This document shows, in pieces, positions 1 to 9,008 of a DNA stretch of 64,000 nt. Source of the stretch: an uncultured Anaerolinea sp. (GTDB lineage: Bacteria; Chloroflexota; Anaerolineae; Anaerolineales; Anaerolineaceae); assembly GCA_964533735.1 (NCBI GenBank), contig CAZHMD010000013.1, positions 1,638 through 65,637 of the forward strand, written 5' to 3'. The position numbers were made by a program, and so were the translations under genes. How positions within the stretch are numbered: position 1 is the first letter of the stretch; every line of letters begins with the position of its first letter. Below the pieces are notes generated by a model that had not been told where the DNA came from, ran no database searches, and was given only the letters and a program-made list of their open reading frames with translations.

Positions 1-1347
1 GATGGCGGCTACTTTTTCCCACATGGCGGGGTCATCCAGGCGGTCAAGCCAGTCGGCACCTAAATATTTCTCGTAGAGCACGCTCATGCGGCGGGCAATC
101 CAGGTGCGGGTGTGCACCCCATTAGTCACATAACCGATGGGTACATTTTCCACCTTTTTGCCGGGGTAAAGAAAACTCCACATGCGGCGTGAAACGCTGC
201 CGTGCAATTCGGAAACAGCATTGGCGCGCTCCGAAAGTTTGAGCGCTAACACAGGCATAACGAACATGTCACCCCACGGCTGGTTTTGCCTGCCAAGGTC
301 AATGAATTCGTCGCGGGTCAAGCCTAACTCCGCAAAAACCTGGCTGAAATACTTATCAATCATCCACACGGGGAACTGGTCGTTGCCGGCTGGCACCGGG
401 GTGTGGGTGGTGAAGATATTGTTTAAGCGCACAATCTCTTTTGCCCTGGTGTAACTTTGCCCCGCCTTCACCAGCTGGCGCAGGCGCTCAACCGCCAGAA
501 AGGCAGAATGACCCTCATTCATATGCCAGGCGGAAGGGGTGATGCCGAGCAGCGCCAGCGCGCGAGCGCCGCCCACTCCCAAAAGCACCTCCTGGGAAAT
601 TCGAACTTCAAGGTCGCTGCTGTAAAGTTTCTCAGTCAGCAGGCGGTCCATGGGATCATTTTGTTCCAGGTTGGAATCCAGGAGGTAGAGGTGAACGCGC
701 CCGACCTCAAGCTCCCAAACGCGCGCGGTCACCTGGCGGCCGGGAAGATCAACACTGACCGTGAGCGGCTGGTGGTTCTCGTCGTACAGGGCAACCAGCG
801 GGAGTTCGTTGTAATCGATCAATGCGGAACGGGTTTCCTGCCAGCCATCTTCGCTGAGGTGCTGGACGAAGTAACCCTGGTTGTAGACGAATCCAATTCC
901 CGTCAGGGGCATGCCGAGGTCAGAAGCTTCCTTGAGGTGGTCACCGGAAAGGATGCCGAGCCCCCCGGCGTAAACCGGCAGGGATTCGTGCAAGCCAAAT
1001 TCAAAGGAAAAATAAGCGATGTGCTTGTCGAGCAGCTTGGGGTAGGTAACCGCAAACCAGGTGTCCTTGCGCGAAAGGTAGGCATCCAGTTCGGCGATGG
1101 CTTTATCGTAAAACTCAAGGTAAGAGGGTTGATCGATGGCGGCGTTGAGGCGGGTGCGGTCCACGCGGCGTAAAAAAGCCACCGGATTGTGACTGACCGC
1201 GTCCCACAGCAGCGGATCGATGTATTGGAACAGGCGCTGACCGCTGGGATTCCAGCACCACCATAAGTTGTGGGCTAAGCGGCTGAGCCCCTGTACGCGC
1301 CTGGGAAGACTAAAAGAGTTGGGATATTCACGGATAATGGTTGTCAT
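1..1347 (-). CDS. glgP: alpha-glucan (glycogen/maltodextrin) phosphorylase, GT35 family; N-terminal 449 codons only, C-terminus lies beyond the window edge
   Basis: Absent from the ORF track because it is open at the window edge. My translation from ATG 1347 gives MTTIIREYPNSF... with no stops to position 1. Motifs LPVYAGGLGILSGDHLKEASDLG, WHMNEGHSAF and FTTHTPVPAGND are typical of alpha-glucan phosphorylases. Confidence 0.85.
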   Translation of the reverse strand, partial: MTTIIREYPNSFSLPRRVQGLSRLAHNLWWCWNPSGQRLFQYIDPLLWDAVSHNPVAFLRRVDRTRLNAAIDQPSYLEFYDKAIAELDAYLSRKDTWFAVTYPKLLDKHIAYFSFEFGLHESLPVYAGGLGILSGDHLKEASDLGMPLTGIGFVYNQGYFVQHLSEDGWQETRSALIDYNELPLVALYDENHQPLTVSVDLPGRQVTARVWELEVGRVHLYLLDSNLEQNDPMDRLLTEKLYSSDLEVRISQEVLLGVGGARALALLGITPSAWHMNEGHSAFLAVERLRQLVKAGQSYTRAKEIVRLNNIFTTHTPVPAGNDQFPVWMIDKYFSQVFAELGLTRDEFIDLGRQNQPWGDMFVMPVLALKLSERANAVSELHGSVSRRMWSFLYPGKKVENVPIGYVTNGVHTRTWIARRMSVLYEKYLGADWLDRLDDPAMWEKVAAI

Positions 1348-1491
1348 AAATCTCTCTTTGAAGCAAAGATGACTTGTAGTTTAGTGACACATTTCGCCCT
1401 TGGACAGAAGGATGATATTCAGCTGTGGTGTCCAGGGGATAATGTCGAGCGGAATTATATCAGAAAACGCCCGACAACAACTTGAGCACAA

Positions 1492-1890
1492 TTAATACTC
1501 GCAGGGGATCTCGGATAGGATCTTATTGAAGCGATCGACTATTGGCGTGAGAATTAACGCCTTTATCATATTGCCGCTCAGACGAAGCTTGCCGTTCAAC
1601 AGGGCAGCACGCGAACCCAGCTGCGCGCGGGTGAGTTTGGCGAAAGTCTCGTAATCTCCGCTGATAACAAACTCCGCCTGCGGCAGGGGGGCTTCTTTCA
1701 CGGAAATTTCAGTGAAGACGCCCTTTTCGATCCTAAAATAAAGAGCGCGGTCTTTACCGTCCGGGCAGTGGTGGTACAAGGTGAGCATGGAGGAGGTGAG
1801 GAATTTCATCTCCACTGCGCTGAGCTGTTCGCGCAGGCGTTTGTTGGCTTCGGCTGTCCAATCAGGGCTGAGGTATTTGGTGGCTGCCAT
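1492..1890 (-). CDS. SCP2 (sterol carrier protein 2)-like domain protein
   Basis: 132 aa. The C-terminal GSRAALLNGKLRLSGNMIKALIL resembles the SCP2-fold G-K-L-x-L-x-G-[DN]-M..A motif. AGGAGA lies 4 nt upstream of the ATG. Confidence 0.6.
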   Translation of the reverse strand: MAATKYLSPDWTAEANKRLREQLSAVEMKFLTSSMLTLYHHCPDGKDRALYFRIEKGVFTEISVKEAPLPQAEFVISGDYETFAKLTRAQLGSRAALLNGKLRLSGNMIKALILTPIVDRFNKILSEIPCEY

Positions 1891-1931
1891 CGGACTCTCC
1901 TGGTGAAAATGATCGTGGAAAGAGGATTTCT

Positions 1932-3263
1932 TTATTGCGAGGGGAACAAGGTGTCAAAAATTTCCGGCACTTGTTTGCGCACCATCTCGCTGTCGATGGC
2001 GTTCTCCTTACAGATGGATTCGTACACGTCCACACTCTTGCGCCGGGTGCGTTCCTGGGTATCCACATCCAGCCCCCACAAGCCAAAGCGCTGTGTCCAG
2101 CCGCGCTCCCACTCGAAGTTGTCCACCAGCGACCAGTGGAAGTAACCCTTGACGCGCCAGTTAAAGTTGGCGGCGCGCCAAACCTGATGCAGATGCTCCA
2201 CCAGATAACGCGGACGCATGGTGTCGAGGTGGTCTTCCACACCGTTCTCGGTGACGATGATGGGCAGGTCAAACTTATGCGCCCACTTGAAGCCGTCCCA
2301 CATGCCGGCGGGTACATTGGCAATAAACCCGGTCGGGCTGATGAGGGCGTCTTTGGGATAATAGCGCCTGCCGAACATCTCGGCGGCTTTGGTGATGTCA
2401 AACGCTACAATGTCGCGGGAGTAATAATTCAGACCGATGAAGTCCTGGGTTCCGGCTACTTCAGGCAGGGTAATCTTTTTGAATACCAGGTTGAGTTTGC
2501 CGGTGGCGAGCGCATCATTGAAGGCGCGGTTGAAGAGCTGATCCTGGATGCGCGCCGGAAGTTTGTCGAAAGGCGACCAGGAATGCGCGGGAACCAGGCT
2601 GCGGTAATTGGTGGCAACGCCCACCTGGGCTTCGGGCTGCAGTTCGTGCAGCACGCGGTAGGCGGCGGCATGCCCGCGCAGGACATTAACGGTCACCCTG
2701 GCAGCCAGTTTCAAATCTCTCTTACCCGGCGGAAAACCGCCATCCACCCAGCCGCTCATGATGAACACATTGGGTTCATTTATTGTGATCCACAAGCTCG
2801 TGTACTCCTTGAGGGCAGTGACTACGCGGCGCACATAGCGCGCGAACAAGGCAGGAGTCTCTTCGCTTTCCCAGCCGCCCTGGTCCACCAGCCACAACGG
2901 GTCTGTGAAGTGATGCAGGGTGACCATGGGGGTCATCTTATGGTCAACCATCCAGCGCATGATTTCCACATACTTGTCGAAGGCTTTGTCATCCCAGGTG
3001 TTGGCCGACGGCTGGATGCGGCTCCACTCAATGGATAAGCGGTGGGCGTTCTGCCCGCTTTCAAGGGCGCGCTTCAGATCTTCCTTCCAGCGCCCGCCCC
3101 ACCAGTCGCACGCCAGGCCGGAGCGCTGACCTGCGACAATCTTGCCGGGTGTATCTTCCCAGCGGGACCAGTTGTTATTGGTATTGCCGCCCTCCACCTG
3201 GTGGGAGGCGGTGGCGGATCCCCACAGGAATCCGCGCGGAAAGGTGAACCTGGCTTGCGGCAT
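1932..3263 (-). CDS. glycoside hydrolase family 1 beta-glucosidase
   Basis: 443 aa. Has the N-terminal FLWGSATASHQVEGG signature, the acid/base motif ITINEP and the nucleophile motif IVTENG. AAGGAG SD upstream. Confidence 0.9.
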   Translation of the reverse strand: MPQARFTFPRGFLWGSATASHQVEGGNTNNNWSRWEDTPGKIVAGQRSGLACDWWGGRWKEDLKRALESGQNAHRLSIEWSRIQPSANTWDDKAFDKYVEIMRWMVDHKMTPMVTLHHFTDPLWLVDQGGWESEETPALFARYVRRVVTALKEYTSLWITINEPNVFIMSGWVDGGFPPGKRDLKLAARVTVNVLRGHAAAYRVLHELQPEAQVGVATNYRSLVPAHSWSPFDKLPARIQDQLFNRAFNDALATGKLNLVFKKITLPEVAGTQDFIGLNYYSRDIVAFDITKAAEMFGRRYYPKDALISPTGFIANVPAGMWDGFKWAHKFDLPIIVTENGVEDHLDTMRPRYLVEHLHQVWRAANFNWRVKGYFHWSLVDNFEWERGWTQRFGLWGLDVDTQERTRRKSVDVYESICKENAIDSEMVRKQVPEIFDTLFPSQ

Positions 3264-3358
3264 GCGCTGCTCCTTGTTTCAATTCTTCTGTTAATTATAC
3301 GCTGAACAAAAAGAGGCTCTGGATCTCTCCAAAGCCTCTGGTGATGGCATGGGGGAAT

Positions 3359-4207
3359 TTACATGCCAGCCATATAAGCGATACTCAAGGTACCCGGACC
3401 AACATGAGAGCCGACCACCGGGCTGACGTAACTGAGAATACCCTCGACCGCGTTGAACTTCTTGACCGTGTATTCCAGCAGTTCCCGGGCTTCTTTCTCC
3501 GCCAGGGCATGGAAGACGGAGATGCGCACGGGGGTACGTCCGGCAATATCCTTTTCCACCAGGTCAACCATGGCAGCCACCGCCTTGCTCATGGAGATGA
3601 CACTCTTGACGGCTTCGATCTTGCCATCACGAATCTCGAGGACGGGTTTGATACGCAGAGCCGTGCCTACAAAGCGCTTGGCACCGCCGATGCGTCCGCC
3701 GGCGTGCAGATATTTCAAGGTATCCACCACAAAGTAGACGCCGATATGGGAATAGGATTCAACGGCAACTTTTTTGCATTCCTGCAGGCTGGCGCCATCA
3801 GCAGCCGCGCGGGCAGCCGCCAGCACCATGAAGCCTAAAGCCATTGAGACCAGTTTTGTGTCGAGGATCTCGATGGGGGCGTCCTTGTACAACTCTTTTG
3901 CCTGGATGGCGGAGTTGATCGAGCCGGAGATGCCTGAGCTGATGGGGAGGACAAGGATCTCTCTGCCTTCAGCCAGTAACTTCTTGTACACTTCGGAATA
4001 ATCGTGCACCGTAGACTGGCTGGTGGTGGGCAGTGTTTCGCTTTTGGCGAGGCGCGCGTAAAACTCATCCGGCTTGATGTCGATACCGTCCCGGTACGTT
4101 TTCCCGTCCCAGTTGACTGACAGGGTAACCACAGAGATCTCAAGGGAATCCAGCAGTTCCTGGGGAAGGTATGCGGTTGAATCGGTGACTATGGTAACTT
4201 TTTTCAT
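3359..4207 (-). CDS. DegV family fatty-acid-binding protein
   Basis: MKKVTIVTDSTAYLP... has a typical DegV N-terminus and length. Start moved from ORF-track 4225 to the ATG at 4207, which follows a GAGGAG SD. Confidence 0.8.
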   Translation of the reverse strand: MKKVTIVTDSTAYLPQELLDSLEISVVTLSVNWDGKTYRDGIDIKPDEFYARLAKSETLPTTSQSTVHDYSEVYKKLLAEGREILVLPISSGISGSINSAIQAKELYKDAPIEILDTKLVSMALGFMVLAAARAAADGASLQECKKVAVESYSHIGVYFVVDTLKYLHAGGRIGGAKRFVGTALRIKPVLEIRDGKIEAVKSVISMSKAVAAMVDLVEKDIAGRTPVRISVFHALAEKEARELLEYTVKKFNAVEGILSYVSPVVGSHVGPGTLSIAYMAGM

Positions 4208-4418
4208 TTCCACACTCCTCATCAAAATAACTTCTAAAGTATAACAATCCTTATCTCTTAATTAATAGGTAATTTGTCATAATTCTCGGGGTTCCGCAAA
4301 AAAAACAAACTTTCTCATGCGTGATGAACGCATGCTGAACACCCGGAATGAAAGTTATAATACATCTCAACGAAATGGATGGTTGGATATGAAAGCGGCT
4401 GCAAGTGAAAAAGGAAAT

Positions 4419-5141
4419 ATGAGCGTGCTGGGGCACTTCACCGAACTGCGCAAGCGGCTCCTGGTGGTGATTGCGGCTCTCCTGGTGACCACCAGCGCCT
4501 CCTTCGCAATCAGCCAGAAATTGGCGGAATGGCTGGCGTTACCCATCGGCGGTCTGGATGCCATGTCGGCCATCGAGGTAACCGAAAACGTTTCCGCGTT
4601 CATGCGCATCTCGCTGCTCTCAGGCCTGGTGCTGGCGATGCCGTTCATCGTTTACGAGGTGCTGGCGTTCATCATGCCGGGGTTGAAACCCCGCGAACGC
4701 AAATGGATCTGGCTGGTGATCCCGACAGCGACGCTCTTTTTTGCCGGCGGGGTGGCTTTTGCCTATTTTGTGATGCTGCCGACGGCTTTACCCTTCCTGC
4801 TGAGTTTCATGGGGATCGAAACTTCCCCGCGACCGGGGAATTACTTTGGTTTTGTGCTAAACCTGATGTTCTGGGTGGGCGTCAGTTTTGAAATGCCGCT
4901 GGTGGTATTCGTGCTCGCGCGGTTGGGAATTGTTAATGTAAGAGGATTGCTCAAGCAGTGGCGCGTGGCGGTCATTGCCTCGGCTGTGCTCTCGGCGTTG
5001 ATCACCCCCACACCAGACCCGGTCAACATGGGCTTGATGATGATCCCCCTGCTGGGGTTGTACTTGCTGAGTATTTTGTTCGCGGTCTTTGCCGGCAGGC
5101 AGCGCACGAAAGCACAAGGAGAACGCCATGAAAGTGTTTAA
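4419..5141 (+). CDS. tatC: twin-arginine translocase subunit TatC
   Basis: MSVLGHFTELRKRLL... with six predicted TM segments, typical of TatC. Upstream in-frame ATGs at 4389 and 4317 are possible alternative starts. Confidence 0.85.
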   Translation: MSVLGHFTELRKRLLVVIAALLVTTSASFAISQKLAEWLALPIGGLDAMSAIEVTENVSAFMRISLLSGLVLAMPFIVYEVLAFIMPGLKPRERKWIWLVIPTATLFFAGGVAFAYFVMLPTALPFLLSFMGIETSPRPGNYFGFVLNLMFWVGVSFEMPLVVFVLARLGIVNVRGLLKQWRVAVIASAVLSALITPTPDPVNMGLMMIPLLGLYLLSILFAVFAGRQRTKAQGERHESV

Positions 5142-5517
5142 TATCGGTGTAGGCGAAATCCTCTTCATTATCATCCTGGCGGTGATCATTTTCGGACCCG
5201 AGAACCTGGTTAAATCCGCGCGCGAAATGGGCGCATTCCTGCGAAAAGTGACCAAGAGCCCCTACTGGCAGGAAGTATGGGCTACCCGGCGCGACCTGGA
5301 GGAAATTCCAAGAATGCTCGCGAAGGAAGCCAACCTCAAGGAGACGCTGCGCGAACTCGAACTCGACACCAAGGGGGTTTCCAGCCAGGTGTCTGGCGCG
5401 GTGACCGACCTGATCAATGAAGTGGATGAAAAGAGTAAACCGCCTGAGGGGAAGGCACTGGATGCCTCAGGTGAATCCTCAAACCCCCCTCCCCCGCGAG
5501 AGCCGCCGGCATGGTGA
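5128..5517 (+). CDS. tatA: Sec-independent translocase TatA/TatB/TatE family protein
   Basis: MKVFNIGVGEILFIIILAVIIFGPENLVKSAREMG is the conserved TM segment followed by an FGP hinge and an amphipathic helix. Overlaps the tatC end by 14 nt. The C-terminal tail is acidic and Pro-rich. Confidence 0.85.
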   Translation: MKVFNIGVGEILFIIILAVIIFGPENLVKSAREMGAFLRKVTKSPYWQEVWATRRDLEEIPRMLAKEANLKETLRELELDTKGVSSQVSGAVTDLINEVDEKSKPPEGKALDASGESSNPPPPREPPAW

Positions 5518-5605
5518 CGGGTTGAGACCGGTCAGCAATTAACGGCTGGTGGATTATAATTTTCAGCAGACAAAAGATTCAGGAGCCCTGTACCGGGGAG
5601 ATGCA

Positions 5606-5932
5606 ATGCGAATAAAAATTTTAAGCGTTATTTCGATCCTACTCTTCAGCGTTTTGCTGGTGGGCTGCGGCGACAAAGACCCACTCCTGGGCACCTGGGA
5701 AGAACCTTCTTCCGGGATCATGTTCAATTTTATGGAGGATGGCAGCGTGGTCATCAGCCGCGGGGGACTATCCTATTCGACGGATTTTGAGAAACAAGAG
5801 CCTGACATCCTTTTATTCAAAGGCAGTACTGACGGTCAGACCCCTGAACAACGCATGACGTACAAGGTCGAAGACGACCACCTGATCCTCTCCATCGAGG
5901 GCATCGATACCATCTTGAATCGCAAGAAGTAA
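5606..5932 (+). CDS. small lipoprotein, function unknown
   Basis: MRIKILSVISILLFSVLLVGCGDKD gives a signal peptide plus lipobox (LVGC). Start chosen at the internal ATG of ORF 5549..5932. Confidence 0.55.
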   Translation: MRIKILSVISILLFSVLLVGCGDKDPLLGTWEEPSSGIMFNFMEDGSVVISRGGLSYSTDFEKQEPDILLFKGSTDGQTPEQRMTYKVEDDHLILSIEGIDTILNRKK

Positions 5933-5941
5933 GGGGCTAAC

Positions 5942-6097
5942 ATGCTGCCAGCTTCCGTCATAATCGTTATTGCCTTGTTCAGCCTGGTTTTCCTGGCTGT
6001 AGCGGTCTATTTGATCGTTTTGAGTGTGCGCTTAAAACACCTGCGGGAAAAACTGGAAGAAAATGACCTGAAGGGAATTGACGACCCCGATAAATGA
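5942..6097 (+). CDS. 51-aa single-pass membrane peptide (hypothetical)
   Basis: Below the ORF-track size cutoff. My translation is MLPASVIIVIALFSLVFLAVAVYLIVLSVRLKHLREKLEENDLKGIDDPDK. It sits 9 nt after the previous gene and is followed by a terminator at 6125. Confidence 0.35.
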   Translation: MLPASVIIVIALFSLVFLAVAVYLIVLSVRLKHLREKLEENDLKGIDDPDK

Positions 6098-6124
6098 GAC
6101 GAATGGCAAAATTCAACGTAAATT

Positions 6125-6146
6125 AACCGGAGAAATTCCGGTTTTT
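6125..6146 (+). terminator. intrinsic terminator-like hairpin
   Basis: AACCGG-agaaatt-CCGGTT followed by TTTGTTT. Ends the tatC-tatA-lipoprotein-peptide run. Confidence 0.55.
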
Positions 6147-6203
6147 GTTTGGAACAAATTTTGAAATTAAAACGTCTATAGGGTTGATGAAAAGGAGTCG
6201 AAT

Positions 6204-7382
6204 ATGAAAAAATTCTCTTTAAAAATTCTAGTAGCAACATCGATCCTGGCGATTGCCCTGACCGCGTGTAATTTTCCGGTAGGCGGCATTTCAGAGGGCA
6301 GCGCCACACAAACCCAGGCGGCACTGGATGCAACGGTTTCTGCGCGCCTGACGCAGATCGCATTCGATGCGCTGGTGGCACAAATGACCCAGCAAGCCCT
6401 GGTGACCCCAACACCCTCGGCCACCAATACGCCGCAGCCAACGGCGACGCAGTATATTCCCCCTAACACACCGATACCCCCAACATCCACTTCCATTCCC
6501 ATCCCGTGTTACCGGGCATCCTACGTGGAGGACGTGACGGTCGCTGACGGCACCTCATTCATTGCCGGCACGCCATTTACCAAAACGTGGCGTGTTAAGA
6601 ACACCGGTACCTGCGCGTGGACAAAAGACTTTGCGATCTATTTCCACAGTGGAAATTCAATGAGCGCTGTGGCATCCACAGCTTTCCCCGCAGCAGTGAA
6701 TCCCGGCGGTACAGTGGACCTATCTGTAGCAATGACCGCGCCCAGTTCCACCGGTGACTATACCGGCAACTGGATGTTGAAGGCAGCCAACGGGACGATC
6801 TTCGGTGTCGGCACGGGCGCCAACGCAGCCCTCACTGTAGTGATCAAGGTCACTTCAGTCCCTGTCTCCAAGGATCCCAACATTGTGTATGATTTCATCA
6901 AGAACTACTGCTCGGCACAATGGCGCACGAACGCGGGGATCATCTCCTGCCCAAGCAACGGGATTGACTTTAAAAACGGTTCCATCACCCGTACTTACGC
7001 TCCTGTCCTTGAAGGCGGCGCAGTGGATGATGAACCTGCCCTGCAAACCGTTCCTGCCACCGGCGGCGATGGTATGATCCAGGGGCAGTACCCGGCGATA
7101 TTGATCCACAGCGGCGACAAGTTTGCCTCCACCCTGATTTGCTCGGATAAAATGACGGCCTGTTCCATCACCTTTGAATTGTCTTACAAGGTAAAAGGCA
7201 GCGATACGCTCACGGTTCTGAACTCATGGAACAAGGTTTACGACGGCACCCCCATGCCGGTCAGCGTGGATTTATCTGCCCTTGATGGTAAGGAGATCAT
7301 CTTCTTCCTGAAAGTTTTGAGCAAAGGTGATTCCACCAATGACTTTGCTCAGTGGATGGCAGTGCGCATCACTCATCCATAG
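6204..7382 (+). CDS. lipoprotein with NBR1-type Ig-like domain and a Cys-containing C-terminal domain of unknown function
   Basis: Lipobox LTAC and a Thr/Pro-rich linker. CYRASYVEDVTVADGT..FTKTWRVKNTGTCAWT...GDYTGNWMLKAANGTIFG resembles the NBR1/N_BRCA1_IG fold motif. Paralogue at 30360..31559. Confidence 0.65.
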   Translation: MKKFSLKILVATSILAIALTACNFPVGGISEGSATQTQAALDATVSARLTQIAFDALVAQMTQQALVTPTPSATNTPQPTATQYIPPNTPIPPTSTSIPIPCYRASYVEDVTVADGTSFIAGTPFTKTWRVKNTGTCAWTKDFAIYFHSGNSMSAVASTAFPAAVNPGGTVDLSVAMTAPSSTGDYTGNWMLKAANGTIFGVGTGANAALTVVIKVTSVPVSKDPNIVYDFIKNYCSAQWRTNAGIISCPSNGIDFKNGSITRTYAPVLEGGAVDDEPALQTVPATGGDGMIQGQYPAILIHSGDKFASTLICSDKMTACSITFELSYKVKGSDTLTVLNSWNKVYDGTPMPVSVDLSALDGKEIIFFLKVLSKGDSTNDFAQWMAVRITHP

Positions 7383-7390
7383 ATCAACTA

Positions 7391-7429
7391 AAACAACCCC
7401 TCCGTCCACCAGGCGGGGGGGTTGTTTTT
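7391..7429 (+). terminator. intrinsic terminator
   Basis: AAACAACCCC-tccgtccaccaggcg-GGGGGTTGTTT followed by TT(C). Confidence 0.7.
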
Positions 7430-7489
7430 CACCATTGAAAAGCGTTATACTCATAAAACACTCACGGAGAGTGGATTTGGGAGGTAAAA

Positions 7490-8554
7490 ATGGAAAACTT
7501 ACGTAAGAATCTGTTAAAAACCTCGGTAGCTGTGGTATTTGTTCTCGCACTGATCCTCGGGATCTTCAACCCGAGCCAGGCATCCGGGATTCCCCTCATC
7601 TTTATTCAATCGGTAGTAAAAGATGTGAGCGTCACCATCTCGGGAACCAACTTCCCGGCTGACCAGACCTTCACAGTGCGCATGGGCGCCTATGGCACCC
7701 TGGGCATCGGTGGGACCGTTGTGGGTACCAAGGGTCCGGCTGCCGGCAGCGCTTTCACCGCAACCTACAACATTCCCGGGTCTCTGTCCGGCGCATCGAA
7801 GATCGCCATCAGGCTGGAAAGTCCCGAGGGATATTATTCCTACAACTGGTTCGTAAATGTGCCGCCTCCGCCAGCCACTCCGGCCACTCCAGCGGCCCCT
7901 GCCAGCACCCCCATCCCCGGTTACACCGGAGTCCCCACGTTCAGCATCAGTTCAGTGGTAAAGAACACCTCAGTGACCGTGCTGACCAGTAATTTCCCTG
8001 CCGGGCAGGACTTTACGGTGAGGATGGGCGAATTCGGCACAATGGGGATCGGCGGGACCGTGGTGGCAACCACAGCCTCCGGCAGCGGGGGATCGATGAG
8101 CGCTACCTATACCATTCCTGCAGCCCTGGCTGACCTCAGCCGCATCGCCATCCGCGTGGATTTTCCATCAGGGCATTACGGTTATAATTGGTTCTACAAC
8201 AACTCCACCGGAACTACCGCCCCGGCGCCAGTGAGTACTCCTGCATCCCCGGCTGTTCCGGGATACACCGGCATCCCCACCTTCATGATCCTGTCAGTTG
8301 CCAAGGATGACAGTGTTTCTATCCAGGCGTACAACTTCCCTGCGGGGCAGGACTTTACGGTGCGCATGGGTGAATTCGGCACCCTGGGGATTGGCGGCAC
8401 TGTGGTAACCACTGCTGTGGATTCGGGCGCAGGCGGTAACTTTACCGCCACCTACGACATTCCTGCCGCACTGGCTGGAAGCGCAAAAATCGCCATCCGC
8501 ATGGATTCTGCCAGCGGCTACTATTACGCCTACAACTGGTTCTACAACAACTGA
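7490..8554 (+). CDS. secreted protein built of three tandem ~92-aa repeats, function unknown
   Basis: Signal peptide (..NPSQASG) followed by three copies of the pattern P.F.I.SV.KD.SV.I....FPAGQDFTVRMGEFGT.GIGGTVV......G...ATY.IP..L......IAIR.D...GYY.YNWFYN. Copies are joined by Pro/Thr/Ala linkers ending in PGYTG. Confidence 0.7.
   Translation: MENLRKNLLKTSVAVVFVLALILGIFNPSQASGIPLIFIQSVVKDVSVTISGTNFPADQTFTVRMGAYGTLGIGGTVVGTKGPAAGSAFTATYNIPGSLSGASKIAIRLESPEGYYSYNWFVNVPPPPATPATPAAPASTPIPGYTGVPTFSISSVVKNTSVTVLTSNFPAGQDFTVRMGEFGTMGIGGTVVATTASGSGGSMSATYTIPAALADLSRIAIRVDFPSGHYGYNWFYNNSTGTTAPAPVSTPASPAVPGYTGIPTFMILSVAKDDSVSIQAYNFPAGQDFTVRMGEFGTLGIGGTVVTTAVDSGAGGNFTATYDIPAALAGSAKIAIRMDSASGYYYAYNWFYNN
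7586..8551 (+). repeat. three tandem coding repeats (about 7586-7858, 7928-8203, 8270-8551)
   Basis: Repeats 2 and 3 are also clearly similar at DNA level, for example ttccctgccgggcaggactttacggtg versus ttccctgcggggcaggactttacggtg. Confidence 0.85.
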
Positions 8555-8561
8555 TTCCCAT

Positions 8562-9008
8562 TTGAAGCGGAAAATAAAACTTAGTTTCATCTTTATCCTC
8601 CTGGCCGGGCTGATCCTCCCGGCCGGGTGTGGTATTCTCACCCCTCCGCCAGGGGATGCGACGTTTCCTGCAAAGACGCTTGCCCAATCAACTGAAGCGC
8701 CTTACCCGGCATCACCGGAAGAGGTGGTGCTGTTTTTCCTTGAGGCTTACCCCTCAAACCCCGCCGATGGAATACGCTATCTCTCTCCCCGCCTGACCGC
8801 TTCATTGACTGAAGACTCGGCGCAGGACCTTTTACCCTTGAGGGAGATTCCCAATGGATACAATGTACAGCAGGGCTCGACCAGCCTTGAGATGCAAACC
8901 AGCGTGATCCTGGTAGAACTCGTCTATGATAGCGCGGCATACTGGGTGGAGTTCAAACTGGCACTGGTTGACGGCAAATGGAAGATAGACCAGCTGGCTA
9001 CAACTTAG
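8562..9008 (+). CDS. lipoprotein, function unknown
   Basis: MKRKIKLSFIFILLAGLILPAGCG gives a signal peptide plus lipobox. Starts 7 nt after the repeat protein, so probably co-transcribed. Confidence 0.55.
   Translation: MKRKIKLSFIFILLAGLILPAGCGILTPPPGDATFPAKTLAQSTEAPYPASPEEVVLFFLEAYPSNPADGIRYLSPRLTASLTEDSAQDLLPLREIPNGYNVQQGSTSLEMQTSVILVELVYDSAAYWVEFKLALVDGKWKIDQLATT

Noticed and set aside
457-1173. Long ORFs on the strand opposite to, or out of frame with, confidently assigned genes. Examples: 457..1173, 1935..3038, 11071..11802, 19393..19833, 19569..20057, 52629..53204, 54435..55013, 55023..55607, 56132..56690, 62489..63046.
   Set aside because: They lie entirely inside genes with strong family motifs. 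Their translations are Arg/Gly/Pro/Ala-rich low-complexity sequence typical of shadow ORFs in GC-rich coding DNA, and they lack SD sequences and recognisable motifs.
7586-8551. Tandem DNA repeats that could be mistaken for a CRISPR or satellite array.
   Set aside because: The units are ~280-340 nt, in frame inside one ORF, and diverged. There are no short identical repeats with unique spacers and no cas genes in the window.
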